DNA of 45,757 bases from Desulfomonilia bacterium (GTDB taxonomy: Bacteria; Desulfobacterota; Desulfomonilia; UBA1062), in NCBI GenBank assembly GCA_049275795.1, contig JBASVF010000200.1:1-45757 (forward strand), read 5' to 3'. Made by a program: the position numbers and the translations under genes. Below, piece after piece: positions 34,611 to 43,950 of the stretch. The notes under the pieces are model-generated. The model searched no databases, was not told the DNA's origin, and worked only from the letters and a program-made list of their open reading frames with translations. Positions within the stretch are counted from its first letter, which is position 1. Every line of letters starts with the position of its first letter.

Positions 34611-35369
34611 CTACCCGTAGTACTTCTGGTAGTTGTACTTGCTGTACTTGTACTTCTTGGCTGGCAGGTCGTCGACCGCATTGAGCACGGTGCCTACGAT
34701 CTTGTTCCGCGGCAGGGCCTCGAGCGCCATCTTGAAATCCGATTCCCGGGTATAGCGGTACCTGGCCACCATGATGATCGCCTCCACCTGGTCGGCGATG
34801 ATCTTGGGGTCTACCGTGGCCTGGATAGGCGAGGTATCGAGGATCACGAAACGGTCCTTGTACCTCTGCGCGAGCTCCTGGATGAGCGTGCTCATCTTCT
34901 TGGATTCCAGGAGCTCCGAGGGGTTTGCCGGGGCCTCTCTGCCTGCGGGCAGCACGGTGAGCTTTTCGATGGGGGTCTTGATCAGGCAGTCGGCCACCTC
35001 TGCGGTCCCCTGGAGGATCTCGGCGACACCCTTCGACGGGGGGTACTTGAAGAGGTTGTACATGCTCGGCTTCCTGAGATCGCATTCCACGAGCAGCACG
35101 TACTGGTCCTCTCCCCTGGCGATGGAGATGGCGAGGTTGGATGCGATGATCGTCTTGCCCTCGGAGGGCAGCGCGCTGGTCACCATGATCACCCGGGGCG
35201 GTTCCTTGTCAGGCATGTGGAAGAGGTGGGTCCTGAGCTTCCTGATCTGCTCGGCGGTATACGAGTAGGGCATGTGGTACATGTAGAGGTGGTCGTCGAG
35301 CCTCCCGGTGATGGCGGCCTCGTTCAGACCCTCCACGTCCTGTTTTTCGAGCAATTTCCAGAGATCCAT
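34611..35369 (-). CDS. BY-kinase type tyrosine autokinase (EpsG/CapB-like)
   Basis: Walker A SALPSEGKT, Walker A-prime LLVECDLRKP, Walker B VILDTSP, and a C-terminal tyrosine cluster KKYKYSKYNYQKYYG. Confidence 0.85.
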   Translation of the reverse strand: MDLWKLLEKQDVEGLNEAAITGRLDDHLYMYHMPYSYTAEQIRKLRTHLFHMPDKEPPRVIMVTSALPSEGKTIIASNLAISIARGEDQYVLLVECDLRKPSMYNLFKYPPSKGVAEILQGTAEVADCLIKTPIEKLTVLPAGREAPANPSELLESKKMSTLIQELAQRYKDRFVILDTSPIQATVDPKIIADQVEAIIMVARYRYTRESDFKMALEALPRNKIVGTVLNAVDDLPAKKYKYSKYNYQKYYG

Positions 35370-35372
35370 GGC

Positions 35373-37154
35373 CTATTCCTCCGTGCTTACCTTGACAGGC
35401 CGTGCATAGAAAAAGCCCTTGCCCAGGAGCTCTTTTGCGTAGTCGATGGCGTCCTGCCTCTCCGTGAACGTTCCGATCGTGATGCGGTACCAGGTGTTCC
35501 TGTTGTCGTCGAGGTAGGGGTAAATCGTCGCCTCGTATCCTTTGCCAATCAGGTCGAGGAACACGGCCTTTGCCTCGTTCATGGAGTGGTACGAAGCAAC
35601 GCTCACGCTGTAGATGACCTGTGGGGCGATGTTCACCTGCGGCAGGAAGATCTTCTGCCCCTCGTAGATGAGATCCACGTTCCTCAGGTCGGGGTTGGCC
35701 TGCTTGACAGCCCTGAGGATCTCGCCGTCGAACCGGCCGTAGTAGTCGGCCGCGAGCTGTGCCACGGTATCCCCGAGCTGGACGACGACCACGGTGCCCT
35801 GGGGCTTCGCGGGTTCCACCAGCGAAGGGGGGACCGGGTGGCCGCTCGAGCCTTCCTCGTCCTTGAGCTTGAAGTCTTCCTGCTTGAACTCCTGCACCGG
35901 ATCGATCAAGGCCGTCTGCCTTCCCACGGGTGGTGAAGACGCCGCCTCCCTGCCGGCCGGCCTTGCCGGAGCAGCCTCGGTCGTTTCCCGGGTGGACCCG
36001 GCTGCAGAGGCTTCTGCCCGGCTGCGCGAACTCCGGGCGGGTGGCGCCGCAGAAGCTGCCTTTTCAGGCTCCTCTCGCAGGGAGGACGGTCCGGTCTCCG
36101 TGCGCGTTTCCCGCGCCTCGCGTTGCGCCTCCGGCTGCGGCCCCGCCTCTTGAACGCCGGATACCGCGTGGTCCGTGGCCGGCTCATCCTGGGCAGACAC
36201 CGGAGCCTCCGGCGATCCGGGCGAAAAGAGCCAGACCGCCCCGGCCAGCGCCAGGACCACGACCAAGATTGACCCCGCCCTCATGAGCCAGGTTCGGACA
36301 TCAGCCTGCGGGGCCGCCGTCTTCAGGGTCGGTTGCCTGCCGCCCGTCTTGGGCGAATACGTGCTCTCGAGCTCGGAGACGACCTTGCGCACCATCTGGG
36401 CGGTGATCTGCTTCTGATTTTCCGTGTAGGCGGAGATGAGAACGCTGTCGCAGACGATGTTGATGAGCCGGGGGAATCCCCTGGTGTAGCGGTACACCTC
36501 GGAGAGGGCCGACACCGTGAAGAGAGGCCTTTCCCTCGGTTCGTAGCCGGCGACCCTCAGCCGGTGATCGATGTAGTCCCTGGTCTCGCTGCCGTCCAGG
36601 GGGGGAATGTGATACTTGATGCCGATGCGCTGCTTGAGCTGCCTGAGCTGGGGGCTCCTGAGCTTTTCGTTGAGCTCCTGCTGGCCCAGCAGCATGATCT
36701 GGACTAGCTTCTCGTTGGTCGTCTCGAGGTTCGAGAGCAGCCGGATCTCCTCGAGCATCTCGAGCGACAGCCCCTGTGCCTCGTCCACGATGAGTACCGC
36801 GCCTCCGATGGTCTTCAGCCGCCCCTCGTATTCCTGGATGTGATCCCGGGAACGCTTGTCCTCGGGAAGGCCGATGGCCTCGCCCAGGAGGAAATAGAGG
36901 TTCTCGGGCCTGATGTGCGGATTCTTCACCACGACCTTCGGCATGCGGGGCGGGAGCTTGAGCAGGAACGCGTTCAAGATGGTGGTCTTGCCCGTGCCTA
37001 CCTCGCCGGTGATCACGACGAAGCCGCTCGCCTCCTTGAGGCCGTAGAGCAGGTGCGCCAAGGCCTCCTTGTGACCCGGACTCATGTAGAGGAACTTGGG
37101 GTTAGGGGTGATGGAAAAAGGCTTGAGCTTGAGTCCGTAATAACTTCGGTACAT
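35373..37154 (-). CDS. ExeA/GspA-like AAA ATPase (PEP-CTERM-locus secretion ATPase type) with TM segment, low-complexity linker, LysM and SPOR domains
   Basis: Walker A GEVGTGKTT, Walker B LIVDEAQ and TM segment GSILVVVLALAGAVWLF. The linker is about 150 aa and P/A/E/S/R-rich. LysM-like segment VVQLGDTVAQLAADYYG..IYEGQKIFLP. SPOR-like C-terminus YSVSVASYHSMNEAKAVFLDL..WYRITIGTFTERQDAIDYAKEL. Confidence 0.8.
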   Translation of the reverse strand: MYRSYYGLKLKPFSITPNPKFLYMSPGHKEALAHLLYGLKEASGFVVITGEVGTGKTTILNAFLLKLPPRMPKVVVKNPHIRPENLYFLLGEAIGLPEDKRSRDHIQEYEGRLKTIGGAVLIVDEAQGLSLEMLEEIRLLSNLETTNEKLVQIMLLGQQELNEKLRSPQLRQLKQRIGIKYHIPPLDGSETRDYIDHRLRVAGYEPRERPLFTVSALSEVYRYTRGFPRLINIVCDSVLISAYTENQKQITAQMVRKVVSELESTYSPKTGGRQPTLKTAAPQADVRTWLMRAGSILVVVLALAGAVWLFSPGSPEAPVSAQDEPATDHAVSGVQEAGPQPEAQREARETRTETGPSSLREEPEKAASAAPPARSSRSRAEASAAGSTRETTEAAPARPAGREAASSPPVGRQTALIDPVQEFKQEDFKLKDEEGSSGHPVPPSLVEPAKPQGTVVVVQLGDTVAQLAADYYGRFDGEILRAVKQANPDLRNVDLIYEGQKIFLPQVNIAPQVIYSVSVASYHSMNEAKAVFLDLIGKGYEATIYPYLDDNRNTWYRITIGTFTERQDAIDYAKELLGKGFFYARPVKVSTEE

Positions 37155-37163
37155 GGCGTCGCC

Positions 37164-38696
37164 TCAGAACGGCAGGGGAATCGGTATGCTCATGATGACA
37201 TGGTTCACCTTCGAGTAGCCTACCACGATGATCCCTGCGATGATAATTAACACGTTGATCCCGACGGCAAAAAGCATGTTGAACTTCCTGCGCTGCCTGT
37301 CGATTTGGGTGAGCGCCAGGGGAACGGCCGTGATGCAGGGTATGCCCCCGCTCCAGTGCTCGAGCTGCTTGATCCCCTTGACCGAGGAGTCCAGGAACTC
37401 CAGCAAAAAGATCAGGCCTGCTCCGGTGCCCAGGCCGAGGAAGAGGAACACCAGGCCCAGCTTGAACTTGTCCGGGCTCACCGGAATCTCGGGCGGCTGG
37501 GCGTAATCCAGGATCCGGAACTGCTCTCCCTGCTGCCTCTTTTCCATGCTCTCGGCGCGCTGAGCCTCGTAGTACCGGTCGAGGAGCCGCTGATAATTTT
37601 CCTGGGTGATGGTATAGTCTCTCGTGAGCGCGGCGAGCTCCTGTTCACGCTTGGGGGTGTTCTCCACCCGCTCCTGGTAGTAGTCGATCCGTTCCTTCAG
37701 CCTGGCCAGATCGGCCTTGAGGGCTTCCACCTCGAGGTCAGCCGCCTTCAGCTGGCTCCTGAGCTCGGCAACGTGCGGGTCGACGGAACCCGGCTCGTCC
37801 TTGATGCTCTCGAGCTCCCTGATCTGGCTCTCGAGGGTCTTGATGCTGGGATGCTCGGGCGTATACCTGGCCCTGGCCTCCTCGAGCTCGGACCTGAGCA
37901 CCAGGAGCCTCTGGCCCCGCTGGGACAGCGTGGCCCCCGGCTCGTCGCTCTCCATCTGGGAGAGCTGGGATTGGAGCATCAGCCTGGCGCTGAGCGCCTC
38001 GGTCAGGGAGGCCTGGACGGATTCCAGCCTCACCTGCAGGCCCGAGATGGTGGAGATGTTGCTGGTGAGCTGCTCGGGCAACTCACCCATGTACCGGTTG
38101 CGGTATTCCTTGACCCTGTCCTCCTGCTCCTGGAGGAGGGCCTTGAGCTCGCCCAGCTGCTTCTCGAGAAAGAGCGTCGTCTCGGAAGCCTGCTTGGCAC
38201 GCAGCCTCAGGTGAGACTCGATGAAGAACGAGGCGAGACGGTTGGTCACCTCGGCCACCTTCCAGGGATCCTGTCCCCGGTAGGTGATGGTGAACGAACT
38301 GGTCTGCCCCCTCGAGCCGCCCACGGTGCTGACCTCGATGTTCTTGCGCATGGAGGCCACCAGGATGTCCATGGAAACGCCCTGCGCCCGGTCCTCGCGG
38401 AAGAGGTCCATCTCCATGATGATGTTCTCGAGGTTCGACCGGGACATGACCTCCTGGGAAAGGGTCCTGAGCCGTTCTTCGATCCCCGAGCTGACCGTGG
38501 CCGCGACGTAGGCCGAGGGGATCTCCTGCGGCTGCACCAGGATCAGGGTGGTCGCCTCGTACTTCCGGGGCAGCACCACGTACAGCCATGCCCCGACGAA
38601 GAGGAATATCAGGAGCGGGATCGTCACCCAATGCCACTTCTTGACCAGGGCGTCGATGATATCCTGCACATTGATCTGCTTTGCCTGTTCGCTCAA
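37164..38696 (-). CDS. polysaccharide chain-length determinant (Wzz/EpsF-like, PCP family)
   Basis: The N-terminal TM and Wzz-like segment reads DIIDALVKKWHWVTIPLLIFLFVGAW. It is followed by a long coiled-coil periplasmic region and a C-terminal TM pair. It overlaps the upstream OMP gene by 4 nt. Confidence 0.8.
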   Translation of the reverse strand: MSEQAKQINVQDIIDALVKKWHWVTIPLLIFLFVGAWLYVVLPRKYEATTLILVQPQEIPSAYVAATVSSGIEERLRTLSQEVMSRSNLENIIMEMDLFREDRAQGVSMDILVASMRKNIEVSTVGGSRGQTSSFTITYRGQDPWKVAEVTNRLASFFIESHLRLRAKQASETTLFLEKQLGELKALLQEQEDRVKEYRNRYMGELPEQLTSNISTISGLQVRLESVQASLTEALSARLMLQSQLSQMESDEPGATLSQRGQRLLVLRSELEEARARYTPEHPSIKTLESQIRELESIKDEPGSVDPHVAELRSQLKAADLEVEALKADLARLKERIDYYQERVENTPKREQELAALTRDYTITQENYQRLLDRYYEAQRAESMEKRQQGEQFRILDYAQPPEIPVSPDKFKLGLVFLFLGLGTGAGLIFLLEFLDSSVKGIKQLEHWSGGIPCITAVPLALTQIDRQRRKFNMLFAVGINVLIIIAGIIVVGYSKVNHVIMSIPIPLPF

Positions 38697-39928
38697 TATC
38701 GTACCTCTACGATCATTCGGTATCGGTTTTCGATAACGGCGTCTGTATTCTCGTCATCCTCTCGTATGCGTTCATACGACGAGGTTATGTCGATGTATCT
38801 CAAAGGCGACCAGAGGAGCGAGATCATGCCTCCGATGTCCTCCTCTTCCCAGCGCTCGATGCCGGTGACTGCATCGAACTCCGAAACGGGCTTGCGCTCC
38901 ACGTAAGTGATAGTAGCAGCCAGTCTTAAGGTTCTCAAGAGCTCCCGTTCCCAGGTGGCCGATGCACGGCGCACATCGTAGGTGCCGTACTCGTCCGTGG
39001 TGAACTCCGCGGTGTACTCTCTGGAGAGTGCGAACCTGAAGGTGTCTCTCTCCATTTCGGTGGAGAGCTCCGCCCGAGCAACGAATGCACTCTCGTCATC
39101 GACATGGTCCATGCTCAACAGGCTGTACCCGCCGGAGAGGCGCACCCGGGTCTGCGGCGTGAGGGAACGCTCCCAGAAAAGGTAGGCCGATTTGATGTCC
39201 GAATCGGGCAGGCCTTCGTCACGCGCGACATGCCGGTACTCCAGGTCTATGCCCACGTCGGTCCTGGGGCTCACCACATGCTCGTAGCCGAGCAGGGCCC
39301 TCAGCACCCTGGCGTCTGCGGAGATTTCGTAGTCATAGGCGTCCTGGCCCGCGGTCACGCGCACGGTGTCGCGCGTGGAGACGGCGTGGGAGAAGTTGCC
39401 TGAGATTCCGTGGGAGACAATGTCCTGCTCGGGGAAGGTATTGTCCTCCGTGCGATAGGTATAGCCCAGGCCGACCGTGGACCGGGACGAGAGGACCCTG
39501 TTGTAGGCCAGGGTTCCCAGGTGTATCCGGGTCTCGCCGGATATGTCGCGGAAGAAATCTTCCCGGCCCGTCTGGATGAAGGTGTACCCGAGCTCCAGGG
39601 AATCTCTCTGGCTCGCTGCGGTGAGCTCGGAGACGAGGTCTACCTCGGTGTCGTCATCGTCGTCGAACCGGTTGTGGTAGCTCCTGGCCGCGTGGCCTGA
39701 AAAGCTCCAGGAGAGGTGCTGCGCGGTACAGATGATCTCCGCGCTCGGGCCCACCTCGAATGTGGTTTCGCTCCGCTTGTTGTCCGGGGTGGACTGGTAG
39801 TTGTCCGTGTACTCCAGGGAGCTGTAGACTCCCCCATGGAATTCGCACTCGAGGCCGTGGCAGGCCCCGGCGCACAGGACGACGGCGAGAAGGGCTCCCG
39901 GAAGGGAGAGAACGGGGGTCTTTCTCAC
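38693..39928 (-). CDS. outer-membrane beta-barrel protein of the PEP-CTERM/EPS-locus type
   Basis: Signal peptide, alternating-polarity beta-strand pattern rich in Y/T/S/R/E, and a C-terminal aromatic residue (..RMIVEVRY). Position between the Wza-like and Wzz-like genes. Confidence 0.65.
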   Translation of the reverse strand: MRKTPVLSLPGALLAVVLCAGACHGLECEFHGGVYSSLEYTDNYQSTPDNKRSETTFEVGPSAEIICTAQHLSWSFSGHAARSYHNRFDDDDDTEVDLVSELTAASQRDSLELGYTFIQTGREDFFRDISGETRIHLGTLAYNRVLSSRSTVGLGYTYRTEDNTFPEQDIVSHGISGNFSHAVSTRDTVRVTAGQDAYDYEISADARVLRALLGYEHVVSPRTDVGIDLEYRHVARDEGLPDSDIKSAYLFWERSLTPQTRVRLSGGYSLLSMDHVDDESAFVARAELSTEMERDTFRFALSREYTAEFTTDEYGTYDVRRASATWERELLRTLRLAATITYVERKPVSEFDAVTGIERWEEEDIGGMISLLWSPLRYIDITSSYERIREDDENTDAVIENRYRMIVEVRY

Positions 39929-40464
39929 GGCACTATGATGGTGTCACCGGGAAGGATCGGGATGTTCTCGTTCTTGCCCTTGACGATCCTCGGGTAGTTC
40001 ACCTTGATCCGGACCTGCTCGCCCTTGTCGCTTCGGAGGATCACGATGCTCTTGGGATTGGCCCACTCGGTGAAGCCCCCGGCCCGGGAAATGACCTGGG
40101 TGATCACCATGGAGCGGTCGAGGATGTACTCGCCGGGCTGGTTGACCTGCCCCTCGACGTAGACCCGCTTGCTCCTCGGCTCGAGCACGATGACGGCGCA
40201 ATGGGGATCTTTCACGTACTTGGCGATGGAGGCCTCGATATCGGCCTGGAGCTCGGCCGGGCTCTTCCTGACGGCCTTGAGGTCTCCGGCCAGGGGCAGG
40301 GAGATGTACCCGTCGCTCCGGACGGTCACCTGCCTCGAGAGGTCCTCTTCGCCCCACACGGAAATCTCCAGCAGGTCGGACTCTCCGATGGAATAGTATG
40401 CATCCTGCGCGTGCGCGGCAAAAGGCACAAGAATACCCGCCAGCACGATAAGAAGCCTTTTCAT
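39925..40464 (-). CDS. periplasmic polysaccharide export protein (Wza/EpsE-like: Poly_export + SLBB)
   Basis: Signal peptide, YSIGESDLLEISVWGEEDLS..VRSDGYISLPLAGDLKA, and an SLBB-like VYVEGQVNQPGEY..PGDTIIVP. Confidence 0.85.
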   Translation of the reverse strand: MKRLLIVLAGILVPFAAHAQDAYYSIGESDLLEISVWGEEDLSRQVTVRSDGYISLPLAGDLKAVRKSPAELQADIEASIAKYVKDPHCAVIVLEPRSKRVYVEGQVNQPGEYILDRSMVITQVISRAGGFTEWANPKSIVILRSDKGEQVRIKVNYPRIVKGKNENIPILPGDTIIVP

Positions 40465-40486
40465 GTGTTACCCCCCCTTAACGTGG

Positions 40487-41920
40487 TTATTTCTCGATCC
40501 CGCATTCCTTGATCTTGTACAGGAGTGCCTTGTAGCTGACTTGCAGGAGATGTGCCGCTCTCTTCTTGTTCCAGTTCGTTCCCCTGAGCGCCTTGAGGAT
40601 CATGTCCCTCTCAGCCTTGACGGACGCCTCCTTGGCGGCGAGCTTCAAGGGGATGATCTCGCTCTCGCCCTGGTCGATCTCCAGCATACCGGAACCGTTG
40701 CCCCGGGAAGGCCTCCCAGGTGAGAGGTGGGCCTTCCCGTTCTCGAGGTAGTTCATGATGTCCTCGACGTCGCCGAGAATCACGAGCCGCTTCACCTGGT
40801 TCTTGAGCTCGCGCACGTTCCCCGGCCACGGGTAGGAAAGAAGCAGGGGGTAGAGCGTCTCCTTGTCCACCTGGAGGTTCTTTCCATACTTCTCGTTGTA
40901 GACGTCGAGAAAGTATTCGAACAGATAGGTGATGTCTTCCACCCTCTCGCACAAGGACGGGATCGTGATGTTGACCTCGTTGAGACGGTAGTAGATGTCC
41001 TCCCGGAAGGTTCCCTCCTGGATCGCCTTGCGCAGGTCCCGGTTGGTGGCGGCGATGACGCGGACGTTGACCTTGACGTCCTGCTTGCCGCCCAGCCGCG
41101 AAAAGGTTCCTTCCTGCAGAACCTGCAGGAGCTTGGACTGGATGGAGAGGTCCATCTCGCCTATCTCGTCGAGAAAGATGGTGCCGTTGTTGGCCAGCTC
41201 GAACTTGCCGGCCTTGGCCTTGTATGCCCCGGTGAACGCGCCTCGCTCGTAGCCGAAGAGCTCCGATTCCAGGAGCTCCCGGGGCAGGGCGGCGCAGTTG
41301 ACCTTGACGAAGGGCTTGTCTCTCAGGCTGGACTGATAGTGCAGGGCCCGCGCGACCAGCTCCTTGCCGGTTCCGCTCTCACCCTCGATGAGCACGCTCA
41401 CGTCCGTTTCCGCCACCTGGTCCACCAGTTCCTTGATCTTCTGCATCTTGGAGCTGCTGTAGATGAACTCGCCCCGCAGCTCGTCGACCCTGAGCTGCTT
41501 CTTGAGGTTGGAGATCTCGGTAAGCAGTTTCTTCTTCTCGAGCGACTTGGTGATGGCCAGTTCCAGCTCTTCCTCCTCGAAGGGCTTGACGAGATAGTCC
41601 GTGGCCCCGGCCTTCATGGCCTTGACGATGATGTTGGTCTGTCCGAGGGCGCTGAGCATGAGGACCGGCAGGGTGTTCGTGAGCTTGCGGATCTCGCTTA
41701 AGGTCTCCAGGCCGTCCATGTCCGGCATGAGGATGTCGAGAATGACCAGGGATACCTCCGGGCCGGTCCTGAGCTCCGCCAGTGCATCCTTGCCGTTGGA
41801 TGCGGTCGCCACCTCGTATCCGGCCTGGGTCAGGAGCTTGGCTATGTATTTCCGAATACTTTCATCGTCATCCACGACCAGGATCCGAATTTTATCTCTC
41901 ACGTTCATGGCACCCACCAA
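40487..41920 (-). CDS. sigma-54-dependent response regulator (NtrC/AtoC class; PrsR-like by context)
   Basis: Receiver [24 protein letters not shown]+ core [15 protein letters not shown] and GAFTGA loop (ERGAFTGA). The C-terminal Fis-type HTH reads [24 protein letters not shown]. Confidence 0.9.
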   Translation of the reverse strand: MVGAMNVRDKIRILVVDDDESIRKYIAKLLTQAGYEVATASNGKDALAELRTGPEVSLVILDILMPDMDGLETLSEIRKLTNTLPVLMLSALGQTNIIVKAMKAGATDYLVKPFEEEELELAITKSLEKKKLLTEISNLKKQLRVDELRGEFIYSSSKMQKIKELVDQVAETDVSVLIEGESGTGKELVARALHYQSSLRDKPFVKVNCAALPRELLESELFGYERGAFTGAYKAKAGKFELANNGTIFLDEIGEMDLSIQSKLLQVLQEGTFSRLGGKQDVKVNVRVIAATNRDLRKAIQEGTFREDIYYRLNEVNITIPSLCERVEDITYLFEYFLDVYNEKYGKNLQVDKETLYPLLLSYPWPGNVRELKNQVKRLVILGDVEDIMNYLENGKAHLSPGRPSRGNGSGMLEIDQGESEIIPLKLAAKEASVKAERDMILKALRGTNWNKKRAAHLLQVSYKALLYKIKECGIEK

Positions 41921-41941
41921 AACTTAATAATACAGAATACA

Positions 41942-43924
41942 TCATTCATGTTCCCTGTTCAAGGGCATTGTAATTACAAAACATCCCCCCTGCCCCGATG
42001 CAACGGCCTCGACAGTGCCCCCGTGGGCATGAACGATCTCCCGGGTGATGGAAAGTCCCAGGCCGATCCCGCCCTTGGCCCTGCCGCTGGTTCCCACGAA
42101 GAAATCGCTGAACAGCTCCCTGGCCTCCTCCTGCTTGATCCCGGGCCCCTGGTCGAGCACGGAGATCGTGAGGCTCCCGCGGTTCAAGAGCCTGTTCACC
42201 GGATTGCGGTCAAGGTCGTTGTGGGAAAGGGCGATGGTTACGACCCCATCCTCGGGGGAGTGTTTGATGGCGTTGTCGAGCAGGTTGCACAGCGCCTGTT
42301 CGAACCTCAGCGGATCCACGGACATCTCCGGGAAGCCCCCGTTGTCATCGAGGACGATCTTGACCCGCTTTTCCCGCGCCTTGACCTGCATGGTCCGGAC
42401 GATCCCGCCGATGTAGTCGGCCACGTTCACCAGCTGGCGGTTCAGCGAGATCTTCTCGGTATTGATCTTGGCGAAATCGAGCAGCGAATTGCTGAAGTGC
42501 TGCAGTTTCTCGCACTGGGCCTCGATCTCAGTGATGCACTCGATCTGGTTCGGGGAGAGAACCTTGCGGGCGTCCCTGGAGAGCATGCGGGCATAGCCGC
42601 GGATCACGGTCAGCGGCACCCGGATCTCGTGGGAGGCCACGTGGAGGAACCGGGTCTTCAAGGCCAGGAGCTCCTTCTTGCTGGTTATGTCGCGGATCAC
42701 CCCCACGTAACACCGTTCGCCCTCTACCAGGAGCCTGCCGATGCTGATCTCGAGAAAGAGCTTCTTTCCGTCTTTCCGCACGGCCTGGATCTCGAGGTTG
42801 GGCACGAAGACATTTCCCTCCTGGTGCCTGAGGCTCGCGGCAATGGTCCGGACGGACTCCCGAGTCACGAAACGGCGGAAGTGCCTGCCCAGGATCTCTC
42901 CCTGGCTCATTCCGAGCAGCTCCTGGAGCTTTCGGTTCGTCAGGAGCAACCGCCCGCCCCGGATGATGTACATGGCATCGAGGGCGTTCTCCACCATGTC
43001 CTTGTACTGGTCCTTGACCCGGACGAGTTCGCGTTCCTTGAACCGCTCGAAAGTCACGTCGTGCACGCATACGAGCGTCTGCCTCTCGGGCTTCATGGGC
43101 AGGGTGGAGATCTCGAGGTTGAGCACCTTGCCCTTGAGATCCACGTCCAGGCCCTCTTCCGGGACCTCCTGGCACGTGAGCCTGCTCGCGCAGTCTCCCA
43201 CGACCTCCCGGATGTTCCTGCCGGTCTTGAGGTTGAGGAGCTCGGAGGCCTTCCTGTTGATCGAGGTGACTCTCCCGTCTTTGTCCGTGGTCAGCACGCC
43301 CACGGACATGCAGGTGAATATCCTGAAGATGTTCTTCCCGAACTCGCTCAAGGCGGTATCCGTCATGGAGAGCTCGGCCTTGAGTGCGGCGTTGATGTCC
43401 GAGAGCTCCCTCATGGCCCGGGCGTTTCTCAGGGCCAGGGCCGCGGGAGGCAGGAGGAGGTTCACCAGCCTGAGGACCTCCTCATCGAAAGCATGAGGCT
43501 GCGAGTGGCTCAGGTTCAGGACGCCCACGAGCTCGTCCTTGCCGTAGATCATGGGCATGCTCAGAAGGGATCCGATCCTGATCCTGGTGCGCTTGGTCTC
43601 GAAGAGCGGATCAACGGCGGTATCGTGGATGATGATCGGGGTGAGCGTGAGGGCAACCCTGCCCGCGATCCCCTCTCCCAGGGGGAACTCCTGGCCCAGC
43701 GATCCTTCGGAAAACCGGGAGCTCTTGTCGGTGCGCCCCTTGGCCGCCCTGATCCGGAGCCTGCTCCCGTCCGGGGAAGGCATCATGATCGAGGCGTTCT
43801 GCGCAACGGTCTCGTCGATGACGATATCCAGGATGGCCCCCGCCACCGCCTCCACATCGGGCGAAAGCGACAAGGCCTCGTTCACCCTCCTGAAGACTGT
43901 GAGCTCCTTAGCGATCATGGTCAT
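41942..43924 (-). CDS. soluble GAF-PAS-PAS sensor histidine kinase
   Basis: No TM segments. GAF-like N-terminus and two PAS-like regions. HisKA H-box FLHVASHEIRVPLTVIRGYARML, and HATPase motifs LLDNAIKHSP, DQGPGI and GIGLGLSITREIV. Confidence 0.88.
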   Translation of the reverse strand: MTMIAKELTVFRRVNEALSLSPDVEAVAGAILDIVIDETVAQNASIMMPSPDGSRLRIRAAKGRTDKSSRFSEGSLGQEFPLGEGIAGRVALTLTPIIIHDTAVDPLFETKRTRIRIGSLLSMPMIYGKDELVGVLNLSHSQPHAFDEEVLRLVNLLLPPAALALRNARAMRELSDINAALKAELSMTDTALSEFGKNIFRIFTCMSVGVLTTDKDGRVTSINRKASELLNLKTGRNIREVVGDCASRLTCQEVPEEGLDVDLKGKVLNLEISTLPMKPERQTLVCVHDVTFERFKERELVRVKDQYKDMVENALDAMYIIRGGRLLLTNRKLQELLGMSQGEILGRHFRRFVTRESVRTIAASLRHQEGNVFVPNLEIQAVRKDGKKLFLEISIGRLLVEGERCYVGVIRDITSKKELLALKTRFLHVASHEIRVPLTVIRGYARMLSRDARKVLSPNQIECITEIEAQCEKLQHFSNSLLDFAKINTEKISLNRQLVNVADYIGGIVRTMQVKAREKRVKIVLDDNGGFPEMSVDPLRFEQALCNLLDNAIKHSPEDGVVTIALSHNDLDRNPVNRLLNRGSLTISVLDQGPGIKQEEARELFSDFFVGTSGRAKGGIGLGLSITREIVHAHGGTVEAVASGQGGCFVITMPLNREHE

Positions 43925-43950
43925 CCGAGACGATGCCCTCCCCGAGGGTC

